Part shown: positions 12,062 to 25,113 of the stretch, piece by piece
Layout of the letters: every line of letters begins with the position of its first letter
How positions within the stretch are numbered: the stretch's first letter is position 1
Origin: Heptranchias perlo
Lineage: Eukaryota
Reading direction: 5' to 3'
Assembly (NCBI RefSeq): GCF_035084215.1
Contig: NC_090346.1
Coordinates: 15,624,001-15,688,000, forward strand
DNA: 64,000 nucleotides
Notes under the pieces: model-generated
The model's input: the letters and a program-made list of their open reading frames with translations, nothing else
Told to the model about the DNA's origin: nothing
The model's database searches: none
Position numbers and translations under genes: made by a program

Positions 12062-12354
12062 TAGAATCTATCTCGGCCCAAACAGAAAAGACCACTCTGA
12101 CTTAAACACGGTGAATTTGAGCTCCCCAGCACAGTTTCCTGTGGACTCTCCAAAGCTCATTTAAAATTACAAAAATAAATTGCGCACCAAGGCTAGCATT
12201 TTATTCGTTCCATGAACAGGTTGAACTCTAGTATAGAGCTTCTCCCAATATCACAAAATATCTATGGCCACAACAGTAAATGGAGAAAATTCATGGCAGC
12301 TGCTCTGTGAGAGGGGACTGTGTGAAGTGAGAGGGGACTGTAACAACTAATATG

Positions 12355-12650
12355 GAGAGTGTTATGTTGTGTTGTGTATTATTGTATTGGTTGGTGTGGT
12401 GTGTTGTACTATTGTATTGTGTGGTCTGTTTTGGTATGCATTGTTGTCTTACTGTTGTGTTGTGTTGTATCATGTGTTGTATTGTCTTGGTGCTATATTG
12501 CATTGTGTTTGGTTGTGAGTCATTGTGTTATTTTGTTGTGTGGTGTGTCGTGTTGTTGTCTTCTATGATTTGTTATGTTGTGTATTGTTGTGTTGTTCAG
12601 TGTTATTGTTATGTTGCACTATTGTTTTGTGGTCTGCTGTGTTCTGTAAC
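12355..12650 (+). repeat. Degenerate (TGTTG)n low-complexity tract
   Basis: Visible TG-rich pentamer-like repeats. Confidence 0.8.
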
Positions 12651-13157
12651 CCTTCTGTGTATAGGCTGGATATTACACATAGTCATTAACACAGCCCACG
12701 CTCTCCATTGTGCCACATCCTTCTCACTAAGGTCCCCTGTGTTGTCACCTCCCACCGAACTTTCCTCTTTATGGTGCTCCCAATAACACTCAGATTGTGT
12801 AGCTCCCCTTGGTGTCTCAGTGAGCAAAGGTGCTGCCTAGTGTGGCATAGAACCACACAGCCCAGCAAGTCCCAGGTTTGATCCTTGGTCCGTATTGCAT
12901 TAGCCTCCATGAGAGTAAGGGCAGCAGAACAGATGCTACAATCTTGGTACTCCTAGGTTAAAAAAGTCAAGCAAGATTCCAGCTGCTGGTCACTATTTAG
13001 AAATCCACGCTGGAAAGTTTCAGATGGGTGGATGTTAAGTAAAGACAAATTTGAGCTCAGCTGTGAGGTCTTCCACTGCTGAAACCTTTGCTGACACTCA
13101 CAATGGAGCCTGTCCAGTGTGTGAGTACTGAGCAATGAGCTGGTACCCATGGGGTAG

Positions 13158-13508
<351 letters not shown>

Positions 13509-15687
13509 TAAGTTGTCGTCACACTCCCTCCACTGTGTGAGTGAAGATTTTGACTGCCACTCCCCGCCCCCCCCCCCCCACCCCATTAAACAGCTGGGAG
13601 TAAACCACAGAGGCCTGGATCCCCAACACTGCAGGGGCAGGTTTACATTCTGTTCTCCAAAACCCAGTGAGCTCCCGTTCCTAGCCCCATATCCGGGGCT
13701 AATGCCAAACAAAGGCCAGATTTCTCCACACAGGACGACAGGGAAAATGGAGGAGTCGTTTCCCCTTCCCCCGCCCCAGACATGTCACGAGCTCGGGAAG
13801 TTTCACCGAGTTTTGGGATCATCGTCACATCATCAAACTGCAAACGGGCGTGGGATAGGTCGAAACCTTCAGAGTTTGTACATGACACTGACCTCATTCC
13901 TGTCCCCTGCCTCATTCTGCGCGCAGATGTCACGGTTCGGGTGGGGTGACTGCTGGCTGTTACCCCTCTATATGGTCTTATTGCTTTAATACAGGAAATT
14001 GCTTATCATTCCCCCCCCCCCTTGTAATATGGTCTCTGGTTCCCCACATTCCTTGTTTCTTGTTGATTTTTATCTCCTCCAATGTTTGAGGCGATGGAGG
14101 GAAAGTTACCCAGCAGACTCAGCATTAACTCATGTTATCGAAGTTTCACACATCACATGATCCATTACACCTGCTAAAATATAAGCATTAGAGGAGAAAG
14201 GAACTCAAGGTGTAATGGACCGGTACCATCACAGGCAACAGTGCCCGTTCATATAAACTAGCAGAGGAATGTCATATAAACGTGTTCAATGTTCATTCAC
14301 TAATATTGGCAACAGTCATTCTAGGCTGACAGCTAGTAGTACAAGGGGTGTGTGAATCACACCCTGAACGATACACAGCTCCCTACAGCCAAGTGGTGCA
14401 GGGAGGACGCAGTACTGTGCTTCTGCGAATGACATAACTCAACACTCACTAAAAACCCAAACTAATATAAAACAAGCACTGGAAAAATTGTGAGTTTGCA
14501 ATTGATTTCAGAGATGGAGTTAAGATGGCAGTGGCAGTGAATCACTCAATTGTTGCCATCAGTTATTGCTAACATTACACACACATACACTTCATTAAAG
14601 TGGAAACACAACAACTCATTTACATCAGAGCTGCTTCTAACCAGCATCAAATTAATCCGCTTAATCAGCTGCAAAATGACCTTGAACAAATCCCACTCTC
14701 CAGTGGCTGCAGCCTGGGTAATTAACCAATCCATCTTCCTTGATCCTTGGCCTGTTGCAACGCGTTTCAAAGGGTCTGCGTGTCAAACCAGAACAATCCG
14801 GTGCTTCACATAAAGCCTCTTAACACATATTCTGGTTTGTATGAAAAGTACATTTCAAACCAGTTATTAATAGCATTGTTTTGAGTTGTGTGATCACTAT
14901 GGAAACAATTTTCAGTATAATAAACTGAGAAGATGCAAAGTCTGACTATTGTGATCGTTTTATCTACATAATGACAGCACATTTGAAGCAAATAAATGCT
15001 TTGCTGCTGACTCTCATTTTGTAGGTTTCCAGGTTGGCTACAGTGAGGTCTCCACATTGGGTCCATGAATATAATATACCCCATTTCCCCACACCCCCCC
15101 ATACAACAGAGTCAGAAACTCCAAGGGTGACCCTATTTATGGCCTAGTTTGGTTAAACCTGTGCCTGGATAAATGAAACAGATCAGAAGATACTGGTTCC
15201 TTTGCCTGATGCTGAGGGAAGTGCTGTAATTGGCCCCAGCACTCCTGAATAACGAGGTGAAAAGTTAACTGTGATTGCGAGAATAGAACTAGGGGTCATC
15301 GTCTCAGGATAAGGAGTTGGCCATTTAGGACCAAGATGAGGAAAAATTTCTTCACTCAGAGGGTTGTGAATCTTTGGAATTCTCTACCCCAGAGGGCTGT
15401 GGATGCTCAGTCGTTGAGTATCATTTACTCCATAGGACGCTGAGGATCCAATGGAGTAAATTTAAACACTGCATTACTGGGTTTCTGCCACCAGGGGGAC
15501 CTCTGTAGCGCTCACCAGGGGGACCTCTGGTGGCCGAACCCCAGTACTTCATCATTCCAATTCACAGCAGGACCTGGCGAGTTGTCAAGGCTCGAACCTT
15601 AACTAGTGCTAGAAATAAGGGTCATTTTATTTTTACTCTTGTCTTTGGACAAGAGTAGTCTTTACATTTATATTCTCCAGGCAATAA

Positions 15688-18346
15688 CAGTAGGGGACTT
15701 AAACTATCCTAACATCAACTGGGATTCAAACCGTGTGATGGCACAGAGGGCGCAAAATTCTTGATTGGTGTCTAGGAGAACTTTTTAGCCAGTACGTGAC
15801 AAGCCCAACAAGAGGGGATGCAATTCTAGATTTAGTTCTGGGAAATGAAGATGGGGCAAGCTGGTGAAGTGACAGTGGGTGACCATATTGGGGATAGTGA
15901 CCACAATTAAGTTAGTTTTAGCATTATTATGGAAAAGGACAGAGTTAAATCAGGAGTAAACGTTTTAAATTGGGGGAAGGCAAATTTTACAGAACTAAGA
16001 CGTGATTTGGTAGAAATGGACTGGACACAACTAATGAGGAGAAATCAGTGGGAGGCACTAAAAAGTGAAATTCTACGGGTACAATGCAGACACGTCCCCT
16101 CAAAGAAAAAGGGTGGCATTGCCAAATTTAGAGCCCCCTGGTTGTCTAGAAGTATACGGGGTAAGATAAAGCAGAAAAAGAAAGCTTATGACTCTCACAG
16201 AAAACTAAATACTGCAGAAAGCCTAGAGAAGTATAGAAAGTACAGGGATGACGTAAAAAAGGAAATAAGGAAAGCAAAGAGAGAGCGTGAAAAAATATTA
16301 GCTAGTAAGATTATAGAAAACCCAAAGATGTTTTATCAGTACATTAAGAACAAGAGGATAGCTAAGGAAAAGGTGGAACCTATCAGGGATGATAAGGGTA
16401 ACTTGTGTGTAGAAGCAGAGGATGTGGGTAGGGTTTTAAATGAATATTTTGTCTCCGTATTCACAAAGGAAAGGGATGATCCGGACATAGTAGTTCAAGA
16501 GGAGAGGTGTGAAATATTGGATAAGGTAAACATAACGAGAGAGGAAGTACTAGAGGGACTGGAATCCTTGAAAGTTGATAAGTCACCAGGGCCGGATGGA
16601 TTGTTTCCTAGGCTATTGAAGGAAGCCAGGGAGGAAATAGCGGATGCTCTTAGGATCATTTTCCAATCCTCACTAGATATAGGGGAGGTACCGGAGGATT
16701 GGAAGACTGCAAACGTAGTACCATTGTTTAAAAAGGGTACGAGGGAAAGGCCAAACAATTATAAGCCGGTCAGTCTTACCTCGTGGTGGGTAAACTAATA
16801 GAATCAATATTGAGAGATAGGATAAACTGTCACTTGGAAAGGCATGGTTTAACCAGGGATAGTCAGCATGGATTTGTTCAGGGAAGGTGATACCTTACAA
16901 ATCTGATTGAATTCTTCGAGGAAGTGACAAGGAGGATTGATGAGGGTAGTGCAGTGGATGTTATCTACATGGATTTTAGTAAGGCATTTGACAAGGTCCC
17001 ACATGGCAGACTGGTCAGAAAGGTAAAAGCCCATGGGATACAGGGAAATGTGGTGAATTGGATCCAAAATTGTCTCAGTAACAGGAAAGAAAGGGTAAAA
17101 GTCAATGGATATCTTTGCGAATGGAAATCCGTTTCCAGTGGTGTGCCACAGGGCTCAGTGTTAGGTCCCTTGCTGTTTATGGTATATATTAATGATTTGG
17201 ACTTGAATGAAGGGGGCATGATTGGCAAATTTGCAGACGACACAAAAATTGGCTGTGTAGTTGATAGTGAAGAGGATAGCTGTAGAATCCAAGAAGATAT
17301 CAATGGGTTGGTGGAGTGGGTGGAAAAGTGGCAAATGGAGTTCAACCCGGAGAAGTGTGAGGTAATGCACTTAGGGAGGGCAAACAGTAAAAGGGAATAT
17401 GCAGTAAACGGGAATATATTGAGAGGGGCAGAGGAAGTGAGAGACCTTGGAGTGCATGTGCACAGGTTCCTGAAGGTGGCAGTACAGGTAGATAAGGTTG
17501 TGAAGAAAGCATACGGAATGCTCTGTGTTATTAGCCGAGGTATAGATTACAAAAGCAGGGATGTAATGATGGAGCTGTATAAAACGCTGGTGAGGCCACA
17601 GCTGGAGTATTGTGCGCAGTTCTGGTCACCACATTACAGGAAGAAACTAATTGCTCTGGAGAGAGTACAGAGAAGATTTACAAGAATGTTGCCAGGGCTT
17701 GAAAATTGCAGCTACGAGGAGAGATTGGATAGGCTGGGGTTGTTTTCCTTGGAGCAGAGGAGGCTGAGGGGTGACTTGATTGAGGTGTACAAAATTATGA
17801 GGGGCTCAGCTGGAGTAGACAGGAAGTACCTGTTTCCCCTAGCGGAGAGTTCAAGAACTAGAGGACATAGATTTAAGCTGATTGGCGGAAGGATTAGAGA
17901 GGACATGAGGAAAAACCTTTTTACCCAGAGGGTGGTGGGTGTATGGAATTCGCTGCCCGAATTGGTGGTAGAGGCAAGGACCCTCAACTCTTTTAAAAAG
18001 TACCTTTTTTTTTATTATGGGATGTGGGCGTCGCTGGCGAGGCCAGCATTTATTGCCCATCCCTAATTGCCCTTGAGAAGGTGGTGGTGAGCCACCTTCT
18101 TGAACCGCTGCAGTCCGTGTGGTGAAGGTTCTCCCACAGTACTGTTAGGAAGGGAGTTCCACGATTTTGACCCAGCGACAATGAAGGAACGGAACTGGAC
18201 CTGCACCTAAAGTGTTGTAAGCTGCAGGGCTACGGACCGGGTGCTGGAAGGTGGGATTAGAATGGGCACCTGGTTGTTCTTCGAGCCGGCGCGGACACGA
18301 TGGGCCGAATGGCCCCCTTCTGTGCTGTATCTTTTCCATGGTTCTA
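15688..18346 (+). mobile_element. CR1 LINE, 5'-truncated ORF2 (end of endonuclease plus RT), defective; interrupted at ~18005-18193
   Basis: Endonuclease motif GDLNYPNINW; ORFs 15929..16798 and 16924..18066 (KSPGPDG, YMDFSKAFDKVPH, GVPQGSVLGP, KFADDTK); CR1 tail atgggccgaatggcccccttctgtgctg. Confidence 0.92.
18005..18193 (-). mobile_element. LINE family B 3' fragment nested in CR1
   Basis: Matches ~8135-8315. The CR1 sequence resumes after it and is uninterrupted in the copy at ~42150-42170. Confidence 0.85.
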
Positions 18347-18539
18347 GAAGAAGCGGTAGAAAGTGTAAGAGAAAGCTATTATAATTCACCAAGGATATGC
18401 ACATGGGTGTTTGACAAAATGTTATGTTGTTAAGTTTCCTTTTTTTATAACGGCGCATAAAATTTAATGATTTGCACCACTTCCCCGTCTTGCCCATTAT
18501 TGTGACCCGAGTACCAATTCGCCCTTTCAGTTGCTTCAT

Positions 18540-18785
18540 TGAATAAAATGGGCCTATACTCTCTGGAGTTTAGAAGAATGAGAGGTGAACTAATTGAAAC
18601 ATATAAGATTCTGAGCGGGCTTGACAGGGTAGATGCTGAGAGGCTGTTACCCCTGGCTGGAGAGTCTAGAACTAGGGGCCATAGTGTCAAGATAAGGGGT
18701 CAGCCATTTAGGTCTGATGAGAAATTTCTTCACTCAGAGGGTTGTGAATCTTTGGAATTCTCTCTCTCTATGATTCTATCATTCT
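18540..18785 (+). mobile_element. Older CR1 3' fragment
   Basis: Translates to GLYSLEFRRMRGELIETYKIL; tail ctatgattctat. Confidence 0.75.
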
Positions 18786-19110
18786 GTAAAAGTCCAGTGA
18801 ATAGGTTTGGAAAGAAACATTCAAAGTGACTCCATGATTTGTGGAAGTGCCTTCACCTTTATACAATGGATTGTGGCTGATTTATACTCCGTCCACTCTC
18901 CTGGTTTAACCCTATCTCCTGTTTCAGTGCTCTTTGGTTCACAGTGTTACAAAAAAATAGAGAAAAAAGTTCAGACTGAGGCTGGTAATTGGGGCAGTGA
19001 ATGCTGAAGGTGCCACAATGTGTTGTGTTGTAAAGTTCTGTATAAATTTGTGTTAAGCTTTACCTTCCATGTAGACAATTATTGTCACTGTCTCTTTATT
19101 CCCCCATCAG

Positions 19111-19202
19111 GAGCGTTTGTACTTTGTAATGGAATACGTTAATGGAGGTGACCTCATGTACCAGATTCAGCAGGTGGGCAGATTCAAGGAACCCCACGCT
19201 GT
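19111..19202 (+). CDS. PRKCB: Protein kinase C beta, coding exon (~exon 11)
   Basis: ccatcAG|...|GTaagt, 92 nt. Encodes [31 protein letters not shown]. Confidence 0.97.
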
Positions 19203-19579
19203 GTAAGTATCTGGCTCAGTGCAGAATTCCCCTTCCCTCTCCATTTCAGTAAGGCTCTTCCTCAGAAGTAGATCCCACGATTCGTTTAGTTTTACCAAAC
19301 AGTCAGTGTCCCATGTCAAAGTCCTTTCTGTATTGAATGCACTGGACGGATTCCATTGAGCTTTAATTGCGATGCAACTACAGACTTAAAGCATCACATT
19401 GTGAACCACACATGCTATTCTATGAAGTGTTTTTTTCATATGAGTTGTGCCATCGAGTCCCAGTCTCTTGTTCCCAGCTCTTGATTTCTTGCTCCCCTCT
19501 CTCCAGCTCCTGTTCCCCACTCCCTTCTGCCCAGCAGCTAGTCTTCCACTCCCCTCTCTCAGGTTCCTACTCCCATCTG

Positions 19580-19968
19580 TGCACAAGTAATCCAGAAGTC
19601 TGGACTAATAATCCAAAGAACGTGAGTTCAGAACCCACCGTGGGCAGTTTGAGAATTTGAATTGAGTTTTAAATTTTTTTTTTAAATCTAGAAATAAAAA
19701 GCTGGTATCTATAAAAGTGACCATGAAGCTGTCAGATTGTCATAAAAATCTAACTGGTTCACTAATGTCTGTAAGGGAAGGAAACCTGCTGTCCTTACCC
19801 GGTCTGGGCCTATATGTGACTCCAGTCTCACATCAACGTGGTTGACTCTTAATCACCCTCTGAAGCGGCCTAGCAAACCACTCCGTTATCTTCTCAGGGC
19901 AACCAGGGATGAGCAATAAATGCCAGCCTTGCCAGCAACACCCACATCCTGAGAATGATTTTTAAAAA
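19580..19968 (+). mobile_element. tRNA-like SINE sharing its 3' tail with LINE family B
   Basis: B-box-like gagttcagaaccc. The tail cagggcaaccagggatgagcaataaatgccagccttgccagcaacacccacatcc matches the LINE-B tail. Related pieces lie at ~27005-27170 (-) and ~56270-56360 (head). Confidence 0.7.
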
Positions 19969-20085
19969 GTTAGTGCACATTAAAGACAAATGTATGGCTT
20001 TCCTGGAGCCACAGTGGCCTGGGAGTGCCCGGCCTAGGAGTGTCTATCTTGCACAATCACTTACACTATTGTCTGTCATTTTTAG

Positions 20086-20148
20086 GTTCTATGCAGCTGA
20101 GATTGCTGTCGGTCTGTTCTTTCTCCACAGTCGGGGCATCGTTTACAG
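20086..20148 (+). CDS. PRKCB: Protein kinase C beta, coding exon (~exon 12)
   Basis: ttttAG|...|GTaggt, 63 nt. Encodes FYAAEIAVGLFFLHSRGIVYR. Confidence 0.96.
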
Positions 20149-20266
20149 GTAGGTGTGGCGGCAGCTCGCTCCAGAGAGACAGTATGACAGATCGAGCCAT
20201 TACTGACTGCTGCAAATTGATAGTTAAGCCAAAAAAGTGTGCTAGTCATCACTAATAATGGTCTAT

Positions 20267-20860
20267 AATAATAAAAACAGAAAATGCTGGAAATACTCAG
20301 CAAGTGAGGCAGCATCTGTGAAGAAAGAAACAGAGTTAACGTTTCAGGTCGATGACCTTTCCTCAGAACTGGAAAAAGTTAAAGATTGAACAGTTTTTAA
20401 GCAAGTACAGAGCTGGGGGAGAGGAGGAAAGAATAAACGGGAAGGTCTGTAATAGGGTGGAGGGCAGGAGTGATTAAATAACAAAAGGGATGATGGTGCA
20501 AGGCAAGGAAGAGGGTGGTAATAGAACAAGTAGAGAAACAAAAGATATGTCTAGAGGAGCTGTAAATGGCAACAGCAGAACCATTACCAGCACCTGCTGT
20601 CTGGAAAGAATGGGAGCAGTGGTTATGATCTGGAGTTATTTAAATCACTGTTGAGTCCGGAAGGTTATAAAGTGCCTAAACGAAAGATGAGGTGCTGTTC
20701 CTCGAGCTTCCGTTAAGCTTCAATAGAACAGTGTAAGAGGCTGAGGACAGAGAAATCAGATTGGGAATGGGATGGAGAATTAAAATGGCAAGCGACCGGG
20801 AGGTCAGCGTCAGGCTTGTGGACTGAGTGGAGCTGTTCAGCAAAGCAATCACCCAATCAC
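20267..20860 (-). mobile_element. Penelope-like retroelement 3' fragment (GIY-YIG C-terminus plus pseudo-LTR)
   Basis: The reverse strand translates to FAEQLHSVHK..LPVACHFNSPSHS..RKLEEQHLIFRLGTL*PSGLN. An 11-bp TSD taatggtctat lies at 20256-20266 and 20861-20871. Confidence 0.82.
20334..20370 (-). ncRNA. Minimal type-I hammerhead ribozyme motif within the Penelope fragment
   Basis: The minus strand reads agtt-CTGAGGA-A-AGGTC-atc-GACCT-GAAAC-GTT-aact: CUGANGA and GAAA cores, 5-bp stem II, 4-bp stem I and palindromic ACGU stem III. Confidence 0.65.
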
Positions 20861-21394
20861 TAATGGTCTATTCAACTAGTAATCCTCAGGGGCCAGGGGC
20901 TGCAGTTGGGCTGTTGAATATTAGCAGGTATCAGTGACTGTGAATCTTGATGGGCATTTGACATTCACAGAGTCAAAACGGATAAAGTAAATGGCTCTTC
21001 CCAATCCCTCCCCCTGACCCCACATATTTGGGACTGTTTAGAAGAGACTTATTTATGTCTCTCCTCCTTAGCTTTTATAAAAAAGCCCCACCAAAAGTTG
21101 CTGAATGCCAACTGGTGCCTGTGTCCAGTCGTGTCCCTCCCATCAGTCACTGAACAGTTACCAACGTACTGTGGTTGACGGGCATGTGGATCAGATTGAC
21201 AGATATTTCACATCAAGCTGGCAGCACAACCCTTAACTTCTATCTGTATGTCTGTGACCAGCTGTCAGCTCAAGCTCTCACAGAGCTTCAGGCTTCAGCT
21301 GAACAAAGTAGAAGAGGATGAGTGTAATATGGACCTGTTTCTGGCTGGGGCAGAGATCACTTCGTGCAAGGGGTAGGTACTCGGTGATAGAAAT

Positions 21395-21640
21395 TAGGTT
21401 CAATGTGGTCTCCTGGACTAATTTCAATCGCCTAAAGGGGTCGGCGAGGAATTTTCCAAATATTTTTCCCTAAGAGGCCTGGGTTTTTAATTTGCTTTTT
21501 CACCTCTCCCAGGAGATTACATGGCTTCAGGTGGGGTGGGGAGTGTCTGTATTGTGATGCATGGGGCATCACAACTGTATGGGACAGGCTGGACGAACCA
21601 CTTGGTCTTTTCCAGTCCGTCATTTTTGTATGTTCATATG
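21395..21640 (+). mobile_element. CR1-type 3' UTR fragment or CR1-dependent short element
   Basis: Homologous to ~58735-58978 (cctctcccaggagattacatggct; gtatgggacaggct). Confidence 0.6.
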
Positions 21641-23110
21641 ATGTACACAGAGACACAGGTATATAAAATACATATATTATAATATACACACAGACAACAG
21701 TATATTTTATATAATATATAGTTAAGAATTTGATGTCTGCGCACACTTCCTTTCTGCACCACTTGACATCCTGTTGTTACATTTTTGAGGCACTTTTTGT
21801 GTCAACTTATTCCATTATAAATTCCTCTCCTCATTTATTATGGATTTTGCTTATGTAAACTTTGTCACACTGCGCAGTTATGGCTGGTTTTTATCTCCAG
21901 TCATTTTTCCTTGCTTTTAAATTTTGATTTATATGTTTATATATTAGTTTTATATTTCTTTTTCATCTAGCTTTCAGCCTTTTCATGATTGTTCCTCCCA
22001 TCTTCAAGCCAGTATATCAGGCCCACTCTGTTTCTCCCCAGTCCCCTGCCTCTTCCCTAATGTTTCAGTAACTAGTGAGTCTGCTTCCTGACCCCCCACA
22101 CTCTAAGACTATTAGTGAGCCTCCTGCTGTCACGCTCTACCCCAGCTCCTTGCTGCTCCCTGTGGTCACCCAGCTACCCACCCACCCGCTTGTTCTCCAC
22201 TGCGTCTGTTCAATGTCACCCACCGATTGGCTACTGGCCCGATGTACAAAATATCCCCACGCAGCTCAGAGCTTCCACGGCCTAATCTTGACCGTTCTCG
22301 GCCCAGTCTTGTCCATTCTTGGCCCTCGTCAATGCTCACCTCACTGCCCATCGCTGCTACTGCTAGAAAGACCATTCTTGGCGACCAGCACTCCTCATTC
22401 TTGCAGACCAGCCGATCCCACGGCCCCTTCGAGAGAAGTTGGAGAAATCTTTTAGTTTATATGGGCCAGATTCTCCTCCACAATCCACCACAAAATTGGG
22501 CAGAGGATGAGGAAAGATTTGGGCCTCACTACCCGTCCTGCATTTTTCGCATGGCTGGATCTGCCACTGGCTGCTCCTCTCCTGCCCACTGCATATAAAT
22601 GGCAACAGGGCCCAGGCTCCTGGCAGGATCCCGTCCCCCCCCCACCGTGTTACCGCCACGTCCGAGGGCAGCCATGGAGAAGCTAGGAAAAGGCCTCAGG
22701 AAGCAGCGGTAACAGTGCTGAGGTCCTGCCATGGAGCAAGATGGCCCTGTAGCACCTCCTCTTCCTCCATTCAAGCTCCCACGGACCTTGCTTTGAGTCC
22801 TCGGTCTCTGCCGAGGCCTACTGAGCTGCCGGTCTCCAGGTATCTCCGCCCCTTTAATTGCCTGGGCCCTTCTTATGGTGCTACACCGATGGTCCCACAG
22901 CAGCACCACCAGGACTTTTTGAACAGGCAACGGCAGGCTCCCTCCTGGCAGTGGGGATCCTGCCAGTAGCCCACCATGCATCTACCCAGAAAACAGATCC
23001 GAAGGTTTGGGCTGTGTCAGAGGGGCAGGTGGATGTTCTGCATGTTTTCTTTATACGAGTAACACAGGCGTTATATACATGATGTTTACGGGTGACTATC
23101 TGCACTTTAA

Positions 23111-23305
<195 letters not shown>

Positions 23306-23379
23306 TAATACCAGCTTTGAGCAGGTATCAACTCCTGTATATGAGCAATACAATGAATATATGCATCATTACCAGCCTT

Positions 23380-23610
23380 ACATAGAAGGAGGCCATTCCA
23401 TCCCTCGAGCCTGTTTCGCAATTCAATTGGATCAAGACTGATCTGTATCTTAACTCCATTTACCCGCCTTGGTTCCATATCCCTTAATACCCTTCCCCAA
23501 CAAAACTCTATCAGTCTCAGCTTTGAAATTTTCAATTGACCCCATACCTCAACAGCTTTTTGGGGGAGAGAATTCTTGATTTCCACTACTTTTTGTGTGA
23601 AGTGCTTCAT
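23380..23610 (-). mobile_element. CR1 3' fragment
   Basis: Translates to FTQKVVEIKNSLPQKAVE; CR1-type tail ggaatggcctccttctatg. Confidence 0.7.
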
Positions 23611-25113
23611 GACTGTTATTGCTTTTCAATTACATCTACAAGGGAAGTGGGAGTTTGACATTGGGCAGTCTCTCCCCTAAGATATGTACAACTTCCCCTC
23701 CCTGGTGATAGTGACTAGGGATCTATACAAGCCCCTCCCTTGGATGTGCACGGGGAACCAATATCATGTAGACTAGCTATCATGGCCGAGATCCCACTGA
23801 AGATGCTGGTGTTTGTGCACCCATCCAGATACTGAGAGATTGAGTTGTTAACTGGGTGGCCCATAATTTGGGGCCAGATGGGTCATATATATCATATAGA
23901 CAAGTGCAATAATTAGGATAAGGAGCTGCCCACAAGAATCATAGAATGATACAGCACAGAAGGAGGTCATTCAGCCCATCGTGCCTGTGCTGGCTCTTTG
24001 AAAGGGCTATCCCAATCTCTGTATTGATGCCCTGTTTTGGGGAGTGGGTGTCTTGAGTCACTCGGGTACCAATTGTAGCTGAACTGCCGGTTGACCAATC
24101 ACAGATTGTGTTTTGTTTGATCACTGACCTGTCTGAATGAGTTCTGATGCTTGTTTATTTCAAGGTCTTATTTTCAGGCCTCTTTCCAGTAGCGTTTGGA
24201 AGAGGTGCAGGAATTGGGGTATTTTTGTGCTTGGAATGTTTAAATCATGCTGAGTTCTCAGAATTAGATTTTATTAAGGGGATGGGATGAGCTGAGTATC
24301 TGACCTGTAAGGAAACAAGTCAGTCTCCAAACCAATCTGCTGGAAAATCTACACTTGTAGAATTTCTATTTGCCCAATATGGGGTCCCAACAGAGACACG
24401 CGCCATTTAGTTTTACCCAAGTCTGGAGAGTTAAGGAGCAGGTTGACAGGCGTCATGGACAGCATCATCCTTGTGTCTGAGCCCCTTGGCCGATCGCTCC
24501 TAGCAAAGAGGCCATTAATCTGACTACACTCTTGCCCATGACAACTAAGACATATCCTCTTGATGAAAGGGGTAATGAGACAGTGGTCTAAATTTCCTAG
24601 AGACCTTGAACATTGCAATTGGAAAGCCAAACTATTCACAATGACCCAATCGATTGCTGTGCTGCTTTGAGCCCCATGAAATGCTGCATAATATATGGAC
24701 CTCAGAAAGCAAGCAGAGAACACTGCATCTGGAAGGATTTGCACCACCTTTAAAGCTCCAGGACTCTCATATTTCAGTTACCCATGGGTAGTAACGGGCA
24801 GTCAGAAAACAATTCCGTGAGGTTGCCTAGAGATATGTCTACAGTCTTGAATTTAAAATTCTCATCCTTGTGTTCAAATCCCTCCATGGCCTTGCCCTTC
24901 TCTATCTCTGTAACCTCCTCCAGCCCTCTGCTCCCTTCCAATTCTGGCCTCTTGCACATCCCCGATTTCCATTGGCAGCCGTGCCTTCAGCTACCTAGGC
25001 CCTAAGCTCTGGAATTCCCTCCCAAAACCTCTCCACCTCTCCTCCTTTCAGGCTATCCTTAAAACCTACCTCATTGACCAAACTTTTGGTTACCTGTCCT
25101 AACATCTCTTTAT

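Noticed and set aside
15929-18066. Possibly active CR1 element
   Set aside because: 5'-truncated, with a frameshift and stop between the ORFs and a nested insertion at ~18005.
22075-23082. Cluster of 70-150 aa ORFs in moderately GC-rich intron sequence
   Set aside because: No recognisable motifs or splice context; probably decayed repeat sequence.
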